A DNA stretch of 64,000 bases from Phoronis australis. Taxonomy: Eukaryota > Animalia > Phoronida. Below the pieces are notes generated by a model. That model searched no databases, was not told the DNA's origin, and saw nothing but the letters and a program-made list of their open reading frames with translations. Where the stretch lies: NCBI GenBank assembly GCA_002633005.1, contig NMRA01000126.1:415914-479913 (forward strand). Direction: 5' to 3'. Positions 13,558 to 26,315 of the stretch are shown piece by piece (within the stretch, counting starts at the first letter, position 1; every line of letters starts with the position of its first letter). Position numbers and translations under genes: made by a program.

Positions 13558-14928
13558 CCGTACTCGTTCGGGTTACTGCCCATGCTCGGCTTACCGCCCA
13601 GTCCCAAAATTTTCAATTTTTCATTTTTAAGTGTCCATGCTCGACTTACCGCCCACCCCCAATTTTTTATGATCGAGACCTCCTTAAAAGTGAGTGTGCT
13701 TTGGTGAACATTCGTCTTGCAAAACTTTGATTCCAAAACCTGTGCAATTCCCTTACCCTTCAATGACAATCAGTTTTAGTGGAATCGGGAACTTGTCTTA
13801 CTATGGCAGTAAAATACCCGTATTCTCATGGTCTTTACTGAAGGAGACACAATTGTGTCAGAATGTACTGATCACTAAGACAGCACTTGTCGAATGTATT
13901 TCATTACCGTGAAAGAACCAACAAAGAGGCACTTGACAAGAATTTCAAGTCCAAGGGCTACCTTTCTGGATTCCCCATAACAGTACACAAAACATCACCA
14001 CCCTGAGCTATGAAGTAAAAATACGGGCCATTGTTCAGTGTCTTCGTTAAACGCATGTTTTTAATGACTTACTCCTGACACCAAAATAGAAGCGCCCAAC
14101 AAAAACCAACAGCGCAAGAAATCAACTTGTAATTAAGTGCAAGTTGAACATTCTATCCACATCTACGTGATCAAAAACTTATTTTTGAACTCTTGATTTG
14201 CCTGTTGACTTTATATACATGTGTTTTTGCTTTTTACATGTGTTTTTGCTTCATTATTTTTGCAGCTGATTGACCACTCCTATTGCCTAATAATAGTATC
14301 GTCTGATTGTTGAGCACATGCTTTGAACAAATTCCTGGAGGTCAGTGTTGGCTGTCCAACACAGAAAGAAATATACCATGTATATAAAATGTTACATTGT
14401 TCAAACTAGGTCCAAAGTATTTAGAAAAAGATCAGCTATCAACCATTAGCACATTTGGTTGCCAAAGTAACTAGCAGCAGCATATCTGTACAAAATCACC
14501 TGATTCTGTAGCAATACATGACTATCTAGCGTAGTCTTGCGTGATCTTACTTTTCTCTCAAGAAACGCGATCTACTGAAGGCAAATCTATCTGTAAAAAT
14601 ATCTTACTTCCAAGACATGACGAGCAGCAACCGAGGTACTTAAAGCACAATCACGCTCGGAATCACGGCGCCACTGTATCGTGTGCGCTATTCGGCTTCA
14701 GCCCGTCAAAGTCCGTTACTTCAATCCGCCAACGTATATTTTAACTGAAATGCTTAAAGTCCGACGTCAGTGTAGCTCCGTGAGGGTAAAATCAGTCCTT
14801 TGTGCAGTAAGCATCCACTCCCGACTTTTCAAAATTTCGATTTTAAACGCCCATGCTCGGCTTACCGCCCACCCCGTTTTTTAGATTCCCAATTTAAGCG
14901 CCCTGGGCGGTAACCCGGACGAGTACGG
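13558..14928 (+). mobile_element. Family B TA-target DNA transposon (haplotype copy starts at 11493)
   Basis: TA|CCGTACTCGTTCGGGTTAC ... GTAACCCGGACGAGTACGG|TA; subterminal GCTCGGCTTACCGCCCA motifs at both ends; inserted into a HINE-like repeat unit. Confidence 0.85.
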
Positions 14929-17084
14929 TACTGTGGCACCTCCCGTTAATTTTCGACAGCTCATGTCATTGCTTGTCCGTCGATTATCATGAAACCTCTT
15001 AACGGATCATGATGACATTTGGCACAGAGATAGATGGCGGGGATGCACCAGCATCAGTCGATTTCTGGACAGACTTGGCTACTGTAGCACCTCCTATTGA
15101 CCAGTTTAGTTTTTGACAAGACAGACTGATTATTTCAAAAACCCCTAGGCACAACTAGATGAAAATTTGGCATAAAGATATATGGCAGGGACGGATACGC
15201 TGACAGCAGCCAGTTTTCGTTTTGATTCGAGCACCCTCTTGCCCGCTTTACTTTTCGACAAGACAGCTAGTTCTTGTCCAATGATCATCTGACTACTTAA
15301 CAGATCATGATGTGTATCCTAGAGGCATTTTGTTAACACGTATTACTCCCTCTTGTGGGAATTTTGAAATAAGGGGCACCCTTAGCATCTGCCATTTGCA
15401 ATAACATAAAGGGCACATACAAACATTCTTGGTCATTAACTGTTATTCACTATGACTGTGTGAACTTTTATTCCTTGCCTGGGGGGTAGCTGATGTATCT
15501 GCTGGACCGTTGTCAGCTCAAGAAACACTGAAGACGAAAATATCTAAAGAGAATAAAACCTAACATGTACATTACCATGCACAATTGAAGCATGACTTAA
15601 AACTATTATGGGCAGTTGCATTTTATAGTTCTATGCAATCAAAAATTGTGGGTGGTCGGTACAAAATGAAAGTGCCTTCTTCCGCCCTCCCCCCTACATA
15701 TTTTACTGGAACAGCCCTAAAACTTATGCACAGTTATACATATACTACATTCTAATGTAAGTTTCACAGCAAGAGGTCCACAGTTATTATTTAAAATCTG
15801 ACTACAATGTCACAGCCAATTGCTATTGGCATTTTTGTGAAACTCCTCTTCATGCTTATTCCAAAAACGTTTCAAACCTACAGATCATCTATTCTGAAAG
15901 TTTCAAAAAGCATTGTTTCTTGTTGCACTTTTTTACGATCTGACTTGAATATTGCACATCAGGAGAAACCAGGCTTTCAATCTTAGGGTTAGGCCTTCAT
16001 CCCATGATCTTGGGAATATCACAGGACTTCCCTTGCCTCCATTTTAGGGTTAGGGCTACCTTCTCTTAGGGTTAGTTTCAGGGTTTGGCATATAGGGAAC
16101 TAAGGGACTACTTTGTGGCATATGTACAGTTTTGACCAGCAGAGGTCACTGTGATGGAAACCGATTGTTCTCGTCTTGACACATTGAAAATGGAAATGAG
16201 CAGAAAACAGTGATTCATGAAGCGACAAGAACTCAACTCAATAGGTTTTGCCCACTTTCGGAATCAACATATTAAAAAGAAAACACAGGAAATACCAAAA
16301 TCAAGTGGCTAGTATTACTCTGGAGTCGAATTGTAAACAATAACCAGGATAGCAAATACAGTTGTGGAGAATCAAAACTAGGAGATTCAACGAAATTGGC
16401 TACACGTGTGCTCTATTTTGGTTCATTTGGGCTTTGCCAGACAGCTAGCCAGCAAGCTTTAAGACTAACTTCAAAATAAAGTTAGAAACTTCAGTATGTT
16501 AACATACCACAAACCTCCAAATATCACGTCGCCTTGGTAGTTCTGCTTGTCACTTTACATCAAGAAGTAGAGCAAACAACAGGGGGGGAGGCATGCAAAA
16601 TTTGGATGTCAACTGACACGCACCTTGCCAGTTACAGCAATTTAAGTGAAAAATGTCATTTGCGTGCATAATTCTCCAACTTTAATAACAAAGAAAAGTA
16701 TGACGTCCACTTCAAAACAGTACAGTCGTGACACGCAAAGGTACCATTTGTTAATTTTAGCAACATCTTTTGGGAGATGATGATAGCTTCATTGTACCAA
16801 AATTGGCTCTGAAATTCGGTGTGCTTGTATGAAAGTAGTATATATTAATTTAGGGTGCGATTTTATTTGGCCTGTTCAGTACCCACATCAGTACAAAGCT
16901 GTATTCTTATACAGTTTCAGGTAATAGTCAGCTGGGTGAGTCCCTGATTAACAGTGATTTGAGTACCACTTATCCAACCAAATAACAGGCATCAGAGTAG
17001 ATAACAATCAGTCCTTCTGCTGGCTAGAGAGGGAGCTACAATACTCCTCGTCAGCTTCTGTACTAATCTCATCACTGTGCACTT

Positions 17085-18265
17085 TAAACAGGCAGTAGTC
17101 AAAATCCAGGCACCGAATAATAAGTTTTCACTTTGTCAAAAATACATTTTACACTTAAAAATTTTCGGATAAAAAGCACTTGATTTCTTTAGTGATCCTT
17201 TCTAGTTCCATACAGTCATACCCTTGATAAAGCATGTCTACACAAAAGATGACTTTGAAGAAGAATTACAACTCTACATTTTTGGTTGTCGTTAACATTT
17301 TCACTGCAGGCAATAACCACAAAGTATTTCAATTAACGTCACTGTATTTGGGCCGCAACAAGCACGAGACTGAGCGGAGCCCATGACCTGGCGGCTGATA
17401 CTTGCAAAAAAACAACACGTGAAGAGACACAAAGGCTACTGAGGAAGGAATTTGCGATTTGTGATCCTTAGGCTTTTTGTTAGAGAACTGGTGTGGTTTG
17501 ACATAACTTCCTCAAAAAGGCAGCTGGCGAGGCAAGCTCAAGTGAAGCGCAACAGATTTTTATGGATATGTTCAACTTCTGAAGACTTAATTGTCTCCAG
17601 AGTCATGGTATGTGTTAACTATATATGCACACTATATTCAAAGTTGTTGTGAAGCATGTTTGCGGTGAGTCTTCGTTAGCCAATCGCTAACGGACAATTG
17701 CCTATTACTTGAATGGTTAACACACTTCCTGATTTTACCAGTTACTGGTTCGATTCCCGGTTACTGCAATTGACGTAGTTGGCAAACTGATGATATACCG
17801 ATTACGATAAGTACAACACGGATCTTCAGACCTCGGACAGCACACTTGGTGGTGATCCTTAATCAGGAGTTGAGGACTTTAACACGAGACTATATTGTGG
17901 TTCACGGCCATCTTAGTGAGGTAAAGTACTACAGGAATATAATCTTGTGATGCTTCAAGAATAGAATCTTGTGTTCACCAGCGAGATGGCATGCTTGTTC
18001 ATAAGAGGTGAATCTTGTGAAACATGCTTCCAGTGAATCATATGAGCCTCTGTTAGCCACTCGCTAATGGGCAATTGCTTATTAACTTAATGATTAGCAT
18101 GCTTGCTGATTTTATCAAGGTCACTGGTTCGATTCCCCGGTCAGGTAATCTCGACAATTATTACAATGTATATAAATATACAGCTTTGCTTCGATGTGGG
18201 TAAAAAAGTGGTAAGATAAAATCTGACACAAAATTTGTATCATTAAAAACTAGTCTTCCTCAAGT
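17085..18265 (+). mobile_element. Family D repeat, copy 1 (diverged paralogue at about 20906-21695)
   Basis: Shared start TTAAA(CA/TG)GGCAGTA..AAATCCAG..CACCGA and shared end ATATACAGCTTTGC..ATGTGGGTAAAAA..GACACAAAATTTGT; boundaries approximate. Confidence 0.6.
17698..17769 (+). pseudogene. tRNA-derived remnant or SINE head (second copy about 18074-18149)
   Basis: B-box GGTTCGATTCC and A-box-like TGGTTAA; the 3' end of copy 2 (GGTTCGATTCCCCGGTCAGG) resembles tRNA-Glu; anticodon arm degenerate. Confidence 0.5.
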
Positions 18266-18917
18266 AAACTTAATTATTTAACGGTGTTGGAAAAAATGGC
18301 ATTCTACCGTTATTCTGCTGCTAAAGTTTTGGAGCGATCTTTAGCGACGGCTTTCGGTGCCATGAAATATTGCGTCACCTATTGGTCAGTTATTTTTTGC
18401 TGATTCTTCACGTCACAACAAATTATTGTACATGGTTTCACTTCATTGTAAGTTTTTAGAATTTTGTTACCGGAAAACCGTATTTCAGAAGAAATTTTGC
18501 TGCAGCCAAGCTATCATCATCTCCCGAGAGATGTCGCAAAAATTTAGGAAATGGCACGAGCATGTAACACGAGCATACTGTTTTCAAAACGACGACATAC
18601 TTTTCATTGTTAGAAAAGGCGGAGAGTTACGCTAGAAAATGACGTTTATTGCATTGTCTTTCATTTAAACGTCTGTAACGGGCAAGGTGAGTGTCAGTTG
18701 ATTCCCAGATTTTGCATGCACCCCGTCCGGTCTTTAGCTTTACATGTTGATACAAGTTTCACGGCGAGGTAACGAACAGAACTACCCTGGCTGCATGCAA
18801 TTTCAGGGACTACGGAAGAAATACACACAGTGGTACAGCTAGCTGGATGGCTGGGGCACAGGCGTCCTCAGCTTCTGATCGTCCCCAATACACTACATAT
18901 AATACTACAAGGTATGA

Positions 18918-19235
18918 CACTTCCGACCAGAAATTCCACGGGTGCTTCACTTCAGCCGTCCATAGCAAACATAAAACTCAATAAATTTACACAAAACAGA
19001 GGTTCAACAAACCATGAAGAATTGTTCTTTCTCCCAATACCATTCACGGTGTCCTGTTCCGGCGACTTCGTAAGAAATTCGCAGTCAAAGAACAAAAATG
19101 TTCACAAAAAACCCCCGCGCACGTCCATCGGTTGCCGCTCGAGGTCAAGGACGGTACGGAAATTGCCGGTGAGTTACGGAAGTACCGACATCGGTCGCGT
19201 AAAGTCACGATGTCGGTACTTCCGTAACTCACCGG
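18918..19235 (+). mobile_element. CACT-terminus foldback element, left arm and central hairpin, running into a gap
   Basis: Homologous to the arms of 62711-63460; perfect 28-bp inverted repeat 19166-19193 / 19208-19235. Confidence 0.8.
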
Positions 19236-20010
19236 NNNNNNNNNNNNNNNNNNNNNNNNNNNNNNNNNNNNNNNNNNNNNNNNNNNNNNNNNNNNNNNNN
19301 NNNNNNNNNNNNNNNNNNNNNNNNNNNNNNNNNNNNNNNNNNNNNNNNNNNNNNNNNNNNNNNNNNNNNNNNNNNNNNNNNNNNNNNNNNNNNNNNNNNN
19401 NNNNNNNNNNNNNNNNNNNNNNNNNNNNNNNNNNNNNNNNNNNNNNNNNNNNNNNNNNNNNNNNNNNNNNNNNNNNNNNNNNNNNNNNNNNNNNNNNNNN
19501 NNNNNNNNNNNNNNNNNNNNNNNNNNNNNNNNNNNNNNNNNNNNNNNNNNNNNNNNNNNNNNNNNNNNNNNNNNNNNNNNNNNNNNNNNNNNNNNNNNNN
19601 NNNNNNNNNNNNNNNNNNNNNNNNNNNNNNNNNNNNNNNNNNNNNNNNNNNNNNNNNNNNNNNNNNNNNNNNNNNNNNNNNNNNNNNNNNNNNNNNNNNN
19701 NNNNNNNNNNNNNNNNNNNNNNNNNNNNNNNNNNNNNNNNNNNNNNNNNNNNNNNNNNNNNNNNNNNNNNNNNNNNNNNNNNNNNNNNNNNNNNNNNNNN
19801 NNNNNNNNNNNNNNNNNNNNNNNNNNNNNNNNNNNNNNNNNNNNNNNNNNNNNNNNNNNNNNNNNNNNNNNNNNNNNNNNNNNNNNNNNNNNNNNNNNNN
19901 NNNNNNNNNNNNNNNNNNNNNNNNNNNNNNNNNNNNNNNNNNNNNNNNNNNNNNNNNNNNNNNNNNNNNNNNNNNNNNNNNNNNNNNNNNNNNNNNNNNN
20001 NNNNNNNNNN
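19236..20010. other. Assembly gap covering the likely CRYZL1 promoter/TSS
   Basis: N run ending 27 nt upstream of the CRYZL1 ATG. Confidence 1.
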
Positions 20011-20037
20011 GAACAAGAGTTTTTCAAACAGCTAAAC

Positions 20038-20094
20038 ATGAAGGGAATTTATGGAACGCTTGCTGATGGGGGCGATTTCGTTTTAGACGAACAG
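20038..20094 (+). CDS. CRYZL1: Quinone oxidoreductase-like protein 1 (FERRY Fy-4), exon 1 of 11
   Basis: MKGIYGTLADGGDFVLDEQ|gtaaat; resembles the vertebrate CRYZL1 N-terminus MKGLY...FVFQE. Confidence 0.85.
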
Positions 20095-20905
20095 GTAAAT
20101 CTTTATTCAGTTAAAGCGGCAGAAGTTTCCTCGCCTGAGCCCGATCACAGGCACAGCACAGCTAGGGAGGCACAGAACAGTTCTCACACTCACAAGGGTT
20201 TGCCTGTCAGAACACACGTCAAATAATGCACTCTCCACCCTTTCTTCAAAAACTGCATGCAAATAAGGAAATGTTTTGAGTCATTTCACATCAGAAACCC
20301 TACAGATGCGCACAGAAATTTTATTCTCTCTTGCATTTTTGACTCTTTCACTCCCAGTGGAAACCAAGCTGAACTAAGAACAGGGCAAAAAAATGCAAAA
20401 TCGGCACTTTTCACCCCAAAATCATCACTTTCCTGCCGATGCTCGACTAAAGCCAACATTAGATTCCGAAAGCAAATTTCCTACGGATTCCAAAAATGTG
20501 GTCCAAAAGTACTGTCAACCAACTAGTTTTTTGCAAATCTGGCTTGTTTGAGGGCTACCTGAAATCGCGGCCAATTTGTCAGTTGGTACACAGCAATGCA
20601 CAACTGCAACAGGGGGCCACCATCTTGAAGAAGAGTGCAGCTACAGCCGAGAAACTGGCCCATTTCATTCCCAGCATGTTCACAAATACAAGAAAACCAC
20701 ATTCACTTGGCCTACACACAATACCTAACTAAAAAATGCCCCCAAGCTTGGCCTAGCCCTAGATTTTAACATTTTGGGAGTGCAAATTGGCCGCGGCTAC
20801 AGCCTAACTATTCTGTGCCACCTAGGCAACACGTAGCCCCTCGGTTGGCCACTTAGGGGCTACAATACTTCCATTCGCTTTCTGTACGCATTTCGTTACA
20901 TGTAT

Positions 20906-21695
20906 TTTAAATGGGCAGTAAACCAAATCCAGTCACCGATTTTGAGTTTTCACCTCGTCAAAAATACATTCCATACTTAAAACTATCATTTAAAAAAGCG
21001 CTTACTTTCATCATTGGGCCTTTCTACTTCTATACATATCTTCGCTGAAGCTTAGTTGTGAGAATTAAGTTGACTTTGGCGAAGAATTCCAACTCCACTT
21101 TTTTGGTTGCCGTTAAATTTTTCACCGTGCACGCGATAACCACAAAATATGTCAACTGAGTCACGTGAGTTAGGCAAATGCTAGCGCGAGACTGAGCGAA
21201 GTGTGTGACGCTAGCGCGTGACTTGCAAAATAGCATGAGAAGGTATCAGGTGAAGTTTGTAAGATTTTTGTCCCTTGGACTTTTTATTCGTCGACATGTG
21301 TGACTTTCTCAAAATGGCACCGAGTAAGAGAAACTCGAACAAACCGCGACAGTTTTTCATTGATTTGTTCAAATTATCTTGACTGAATCGTTTTCAGACT
21401 TATGGTATGAGTTGCTTATAACTCCATGTGCATTATGCATGTTTCATTTTATTACCTGTATTTTGAATTGCGTAACTTTTTGTGGGGATGTACTATTGCC
21501 CCTGTATGCCTGCGGCATCCAGGGCGATGTAATTGCCTACTATAGCACAGCCAGCTAGTCCGTAAGGCGTAAACTAGCTGGTCAGCTAGCCTTGGTACGA
21601 AGCTACTAAATATACAGCTTTGCACCAATGTGGGTAAAAAACTGACCACATAAAATTTGACACAAAATTTGTGTTATTAAAAACTACACCCTTCC
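20906..21695 (+). mobile_element. Family D repeat, copy 2
   Basis: Homologous to 17085-18265 but without the tRNA-like inserts. Confidence 0.6.
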
Positions 21696-21920
21696 TTGAG
21701 TGTGTTGTGAATGTTGGTTTGTGTGGTCTCATTTTTCGTGTTGTCTCGTGTGTTCGTGTTTGTCCGTGAGTTTCCGTTAGTGGCAGGATGTTGTGAGTTC
21801 TAGTGTTGTCACGTGACTGGGGCATCATGGGAATTCATCTGGTCCTGCTTCATGTAGGACGCCTGCCTTTGGTGCTCTAGCCTCTGATCTACTGCGTTTG
21901 TTCAAGCTTTTATGTGAGTA

Positions 21921-24343
21921 CTCTCGAGTTCCGAATAGTGGATTATTTTTTTCGGACTCATTTTCCGGTCTATACGACACTTATTTGGGTCTCTACGTTT
22001 ATTAATTTTCTAACCTTTTTCGGCTCTCCACGATTATTTGATTCAGCAAGTTCTCAATTTTTGTTTCATTCATTACAAATTTGTTACACAAAAATTTAGC
22101 TGCTGTCTACCGGTATCGTACCTTGGTCGTAATACGTGGTTATATGACTTAAATTCGCTCTAAACCTCTAGACCACGAGACACTCACTTCGTGTTCTGTA
22201 ATTTAGAAGATCTATATACGACTCCGCGTTACACACGGAAGTCACATGTCATACACATTAAAAGATTTTATTCACTAAAATATACAACTGTATGTTTCAA
22301 AGCATGAATAATCGGACTCCCAAGCAAGGGTTTACGCAGCGGCTGTCTGCTGGACGGCCAGAATGTTATTTTGGACGGATTCGACTGGATCGGTCAGAAT
22401 TAAGAAAGTGTTGGCAAAATTTAAAAAGCTTGAAATGATAACCACTTCTCTTAATATAACGGCTGGTCAGCAGTCGCTCAAAGAAATAGGCCATCAGTAA
22501 TTTCAGAAAGGACGAATTTAATGCACAAAAAGTCCATTTTTCAATATTCCGCGCGCCCCGTGACACAGATCGTTGTTACCGGCAGCTCAATATACATATG
22601 AATAAAAACGCTTTCGACGAGTTTCTTTGGGTGATCCAATATTTATGATTGCACCCTGTGAAAAACTGGCAAGCCATAACAACTCTTCACTGTGTCTGTC
22701 CCCGAAGTTTGCGTTTCCGGGAGAGTAATTCCGGGATTTTGCACAGCCAGTGTCATCTGCGGTTTCCGTCATTATTGACATGCGCATTCCACATACATAA
22801 TCATGTCGTCTGCCGCGCAAAGGCCTAAAAGAATTCGAGAATTATTTTACATACCGAGAGATGTTCCAGATACAGACATTGATTCAGACGCTGGTACGAC
22901 AAATAATCCAGCTACAGATCCGGACTGTGGTGATAACGCGGCAAGTCAACGAAGCGCAAATACCCGTGCAGTTAATGAACGGTGCCGAACCTTTCAATCA
23001 ACCTAGGAACCAGGTTCTTAGAATCAACAAAGTACCAACAAGTTGCCGACAACATCGGACATCAGCATTTTTATAATTCGCTCCAAACTTGAGAACAGAT
23101 ATTTTATGAACAGGAAGACTTGTGACAATCTTGAAAATGACATAGTTGCTAACGTTCGACAGTCCAGTCGATATCTATTGAAACTGATTTCTCTACTTGC
23201 TCTCCCGTCCAAATAAATGGAAAAGCGCACGTGAATCGGTTTGTTTATTATACCTAATTAGATATTGAAGATGGTGGACGTAGTTGTGGTCGTGGACTCG
23301 AATGTTCGAATATTGGGCAATTCTGCAAGAAATCTCAATTTCTGGCCGTGTAAAATTTTGGCTGTACCGACTTTTTGACATCGAATTCTGACAAACATTA
23401 TGAGGGTATTGACTATGAACATTGTGCAAGACATGAGATTGAGAGGAAACAAGAAAGGCTCGACTGTCAGGAACATGTATGATAAAAATGCGACTCGTTT
23501 TACCAAGACACTTTGTCTTTATTCAGACTGTTGGCTTCATGGAAGACTGGACGTTGCTGCTGAAATCTTTACCTGCTTGTTATAATTTTTGGAGTTGGTC
23601 GACATTGGCATCTCTAGTATGAATGTCATTCTTTTTTGAGTAAAATTATAACGCATACTGTTTGAAACATCTATAAAAAAGACTTCCATTTAAAGTTATT
23701 GAATTAACGAATGGTCTTTGTTTTAGCAATGACACTTTATTCCACTTCACTGTACTATGTTATGGCATGTGTGGATACACCACTGCAATAATTTAACTAT
23801 GCTAATGTTCAATTTAAAAGTTTTTCTTTGAAACAATTACTTATAGCGGTGGTAAGTCAGACAGAATATGCTTCTTTGCACTATTATTCCAATCCCATCT
23901 ACATCATTATTTGATTTTGCGCTTCCTATTATTTCCATCTACCGTTACTAGATTTTACGCAAATTTATAATCAATGTTATTATTCCAGTCTATATTATTT
24001 TTAATTTTCCACAAATTTCCCGCCTATACCATAATTCCTTAGAATTTGCTGTTTTGCATTATTCCTTTCTATATCATTATTAGATTTTACCTAAATTTGT
24101 AATCAATATTATTATTCCAATCTATACTATGTTTAAATTTCCACAAATTTGCCGTCTATACCATTGTTCATTCTATTATTAATTTTTTTTGACAAATTTC
24201 CGGTCTATACTATTATTCTACTTTTCTAGTGGCAAAAATGTTGGGTCTATACTATTATTAGAATCTCTACTATTATTAAAAATCGTGAAATTTTCCAGTC
24301 TATACTATTATTGCTGTCTCTACTACTATTCGGAACTCGAGAG
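21921..24343 (+). mobile_element. 2.4 kb TA-target TIR transposon with decayed internal ORF
   Basis: TA|CTCTCGAGTTCCGAATAGT ... ACTATTCGGAACTCGAGAG|TA (19-bp perfect TIR); AT-rich TATACTATTATT-type subterminal repeats; broken ORF from 22803 (MSSAAQRPKR...RTFQST*). Confidence 0.85.
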
Positions 24344-24535
24344 TAAAGTGAGTCAAATTACACATCAGATGCAATTATGTGTTTGTGGTGTTGTCACGTC
24401 AGATTGAACTGAGGCAGGTCAACATGATCGCGAATTACCAGTGTCAAGAGCCTCTCTGTTTACTCTGCTGTTGATGTTTTTATTTGTTATAAATGTTCTG
24501 AAGATGTGAGTGGCCTTATGAGCATGCGGATTAGT

Positions 24536-24806
24536 GTCTCTCTACCTCCCTCTCCCTCCCTCCCTTTCCCCCTACCTCCCTACCTCCTTCCATCTCTCCC
24601 TTTCTCTATCCCTCTCTCTCAACCCTCTCTCCACTCTCCCCTCTCTCCTTTTCTGTTCTCTCCCTCTCCTCCTTCCTTCCCTCCCTACCTCATTTGCTCC
24701 TTCTTTCTCTCCCACTCCCCTCTCTCTCCCCTCCCTCCATCCTTCCCTCCCTCCTTCCCTCCCTCCTTCCCTCCCTCTCTCGCTCCTGCCCTCTCTCCCT
24801 CTATCT
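24536..24806. repeat. CT-rich polypyrimidine tract, including (CCCT/CCTT)n
   Basis: About 270 nt almost entirely C/T on +. Confidence 0.95.
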
Positions 24807-25196
24807 CGAACGTGGTGCTGAGCCTTTTTCAACCACTGGACGTGAGGACATCAGCTGACAGAGTATCGTCAGGTTCTCAGAATGAGAGCCAGGACTACTT
24901 TACATGGCAATCCTAGTAAGAAGACCCCCCGACAGTGACATTCAGACCATTAGGAACATAAGTACATTAATCACGCAAAATATTAATAGTTCATCTGATC
25001 TCCAAAAGATGGTGCCACATGTACCCCAACCTGTTATACTCTCTTAAAGTTTCACATGAATCTGATCAGCCATTTCTGACACTGGTTTCAGTTGTTTTTA
25101 GTGGGAAAATCTGTATAGTTTTATTAACCACTGAGGAAGCCTTTTTATGACAATCCAAACTGAAACCTCAGCTCAGTTGTCACTGCGTTTTTACAG

Positions 25197-25283
25197 ATGA
25201 CGAAGCCAAGCTTCGATGAACAAAGTGTGCTCATTAGGGTCAAAGGGTGTAACATTTCTTCTTCGTGTGACAGTGCAATTAAG
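25197..25283 (+). CDS. CRYZL1: CRYZL1 exon 2
   Basis: ttttacag|MTKPSFDEQSVLIRVKGCNISSSCDSAIK|gtaag; phase 0/0; matches the VKLQVKAC region. Confidence 0.85.
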
Positions 25284-26315
25284 GTAAGATGAAGTACTAG
25301 TTGTCTATCAACTGCTTCTTACATTTAGTGCAAACGTTAAGCATAGAAATAGTAGTTTAAACAAATTTTTTGTGTACTTTATTGTGGTCATTTGCAATAT
25401 TTGCTCGAGAATGTTTCTGATGCAATTAATGACATGTGTATACGGAGTTCATGGGTGTGTCACATCCATGCTAAAGATTAATTCTAAGAATTGAAACTAA
25501 AGAAATGATGATCTGTAATAGTTATTTTGCCATATTTTCTATTGATAAAAGTATCACAAGTTTCACAGGCTCCTTTTTCCACGACTGGGCATTGTGCTTG
25601 GGTGTATGTTATAACTGTGCAATTTGAAATGAATCCAAAAGTTTTGGAAATGTGGGTTCACTGAACGACCAGTGTTAACAAGTGGATGTGCAGGGCTAAA
25701 TAAATATAGTACTACACCTTGCAAAAAGTGACAGCTTCACATTTTGTGTGTTAATCTGTGCATGAGTTTGCTTTAGGAAATAGTATTAGTTTGGTCACCT
25801 ATATTACAATGATATGTAATGCAGTGTTTCCTCTGCTTGTAAAAATCTGGACTACCCGCCACGCTCCTTTTTGGCCCTGCTACTTGTAATCTTACCAGGT
25901 GACCGCATCACACCAAATCCTGACAGGAAAACTTCACTGCTACACAAAAGTTGCTAGAAATGAGTGCGCCATACAGAAATAACATGGCTACTATTGATGT
26001 TTGTGGATCGAACGAGAAAACAACAATTTAAAATCGGATTTTGAACTTTCTCCTTGTTGAACCGACATAATGATTTTATCCTCTTTCTTGCTCGTGTTGG
26101 CTTAGTTATCTGACCGACATTCGATACAGTACTGCTGTTTATCTGACAATGCACAGCAAATGAATCCATTCAGGGACCAGGCAACGATCTTGACATTAGT
26201 TTTTTAAAATGGCGAAGTGTCAGTTAACACTGATGGCATGCAGTGGGTGGTAGAGAAACGGTAAAATTTATTCATTTTATTGTGCTCACGTTTACAAACA
26301 GGTCGCACAACAATG

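Larger units (their letters stand above)
10762..14491. repeat. ~1.67 kb near-identical direct duplication across an N-gap (10762-12432 and 12832-14491)
   Basis: Copies differ only by scattered SNPs and small indels, and each abuts the gap 12433-12831; likely uncollapsed haplotypes. Confidence 0.9.

Noticed and set aside
15980-16085. TTAGGG runs suggesting interstitial telomere
   Set aside because: Only scattered 1-2 unit stretches; more likely part of a repeat.
17698-17769. Functional tRNA gene
   Set aside because: D and anticodon arms do not fold convincingly; kept only as a tRNA-derived remnant.
24506-24916. Pro/Ser/Leu-rich and Arg/Glu/Gly-rich ORFs
   Set aside because: Translations of the CT microsatellite.
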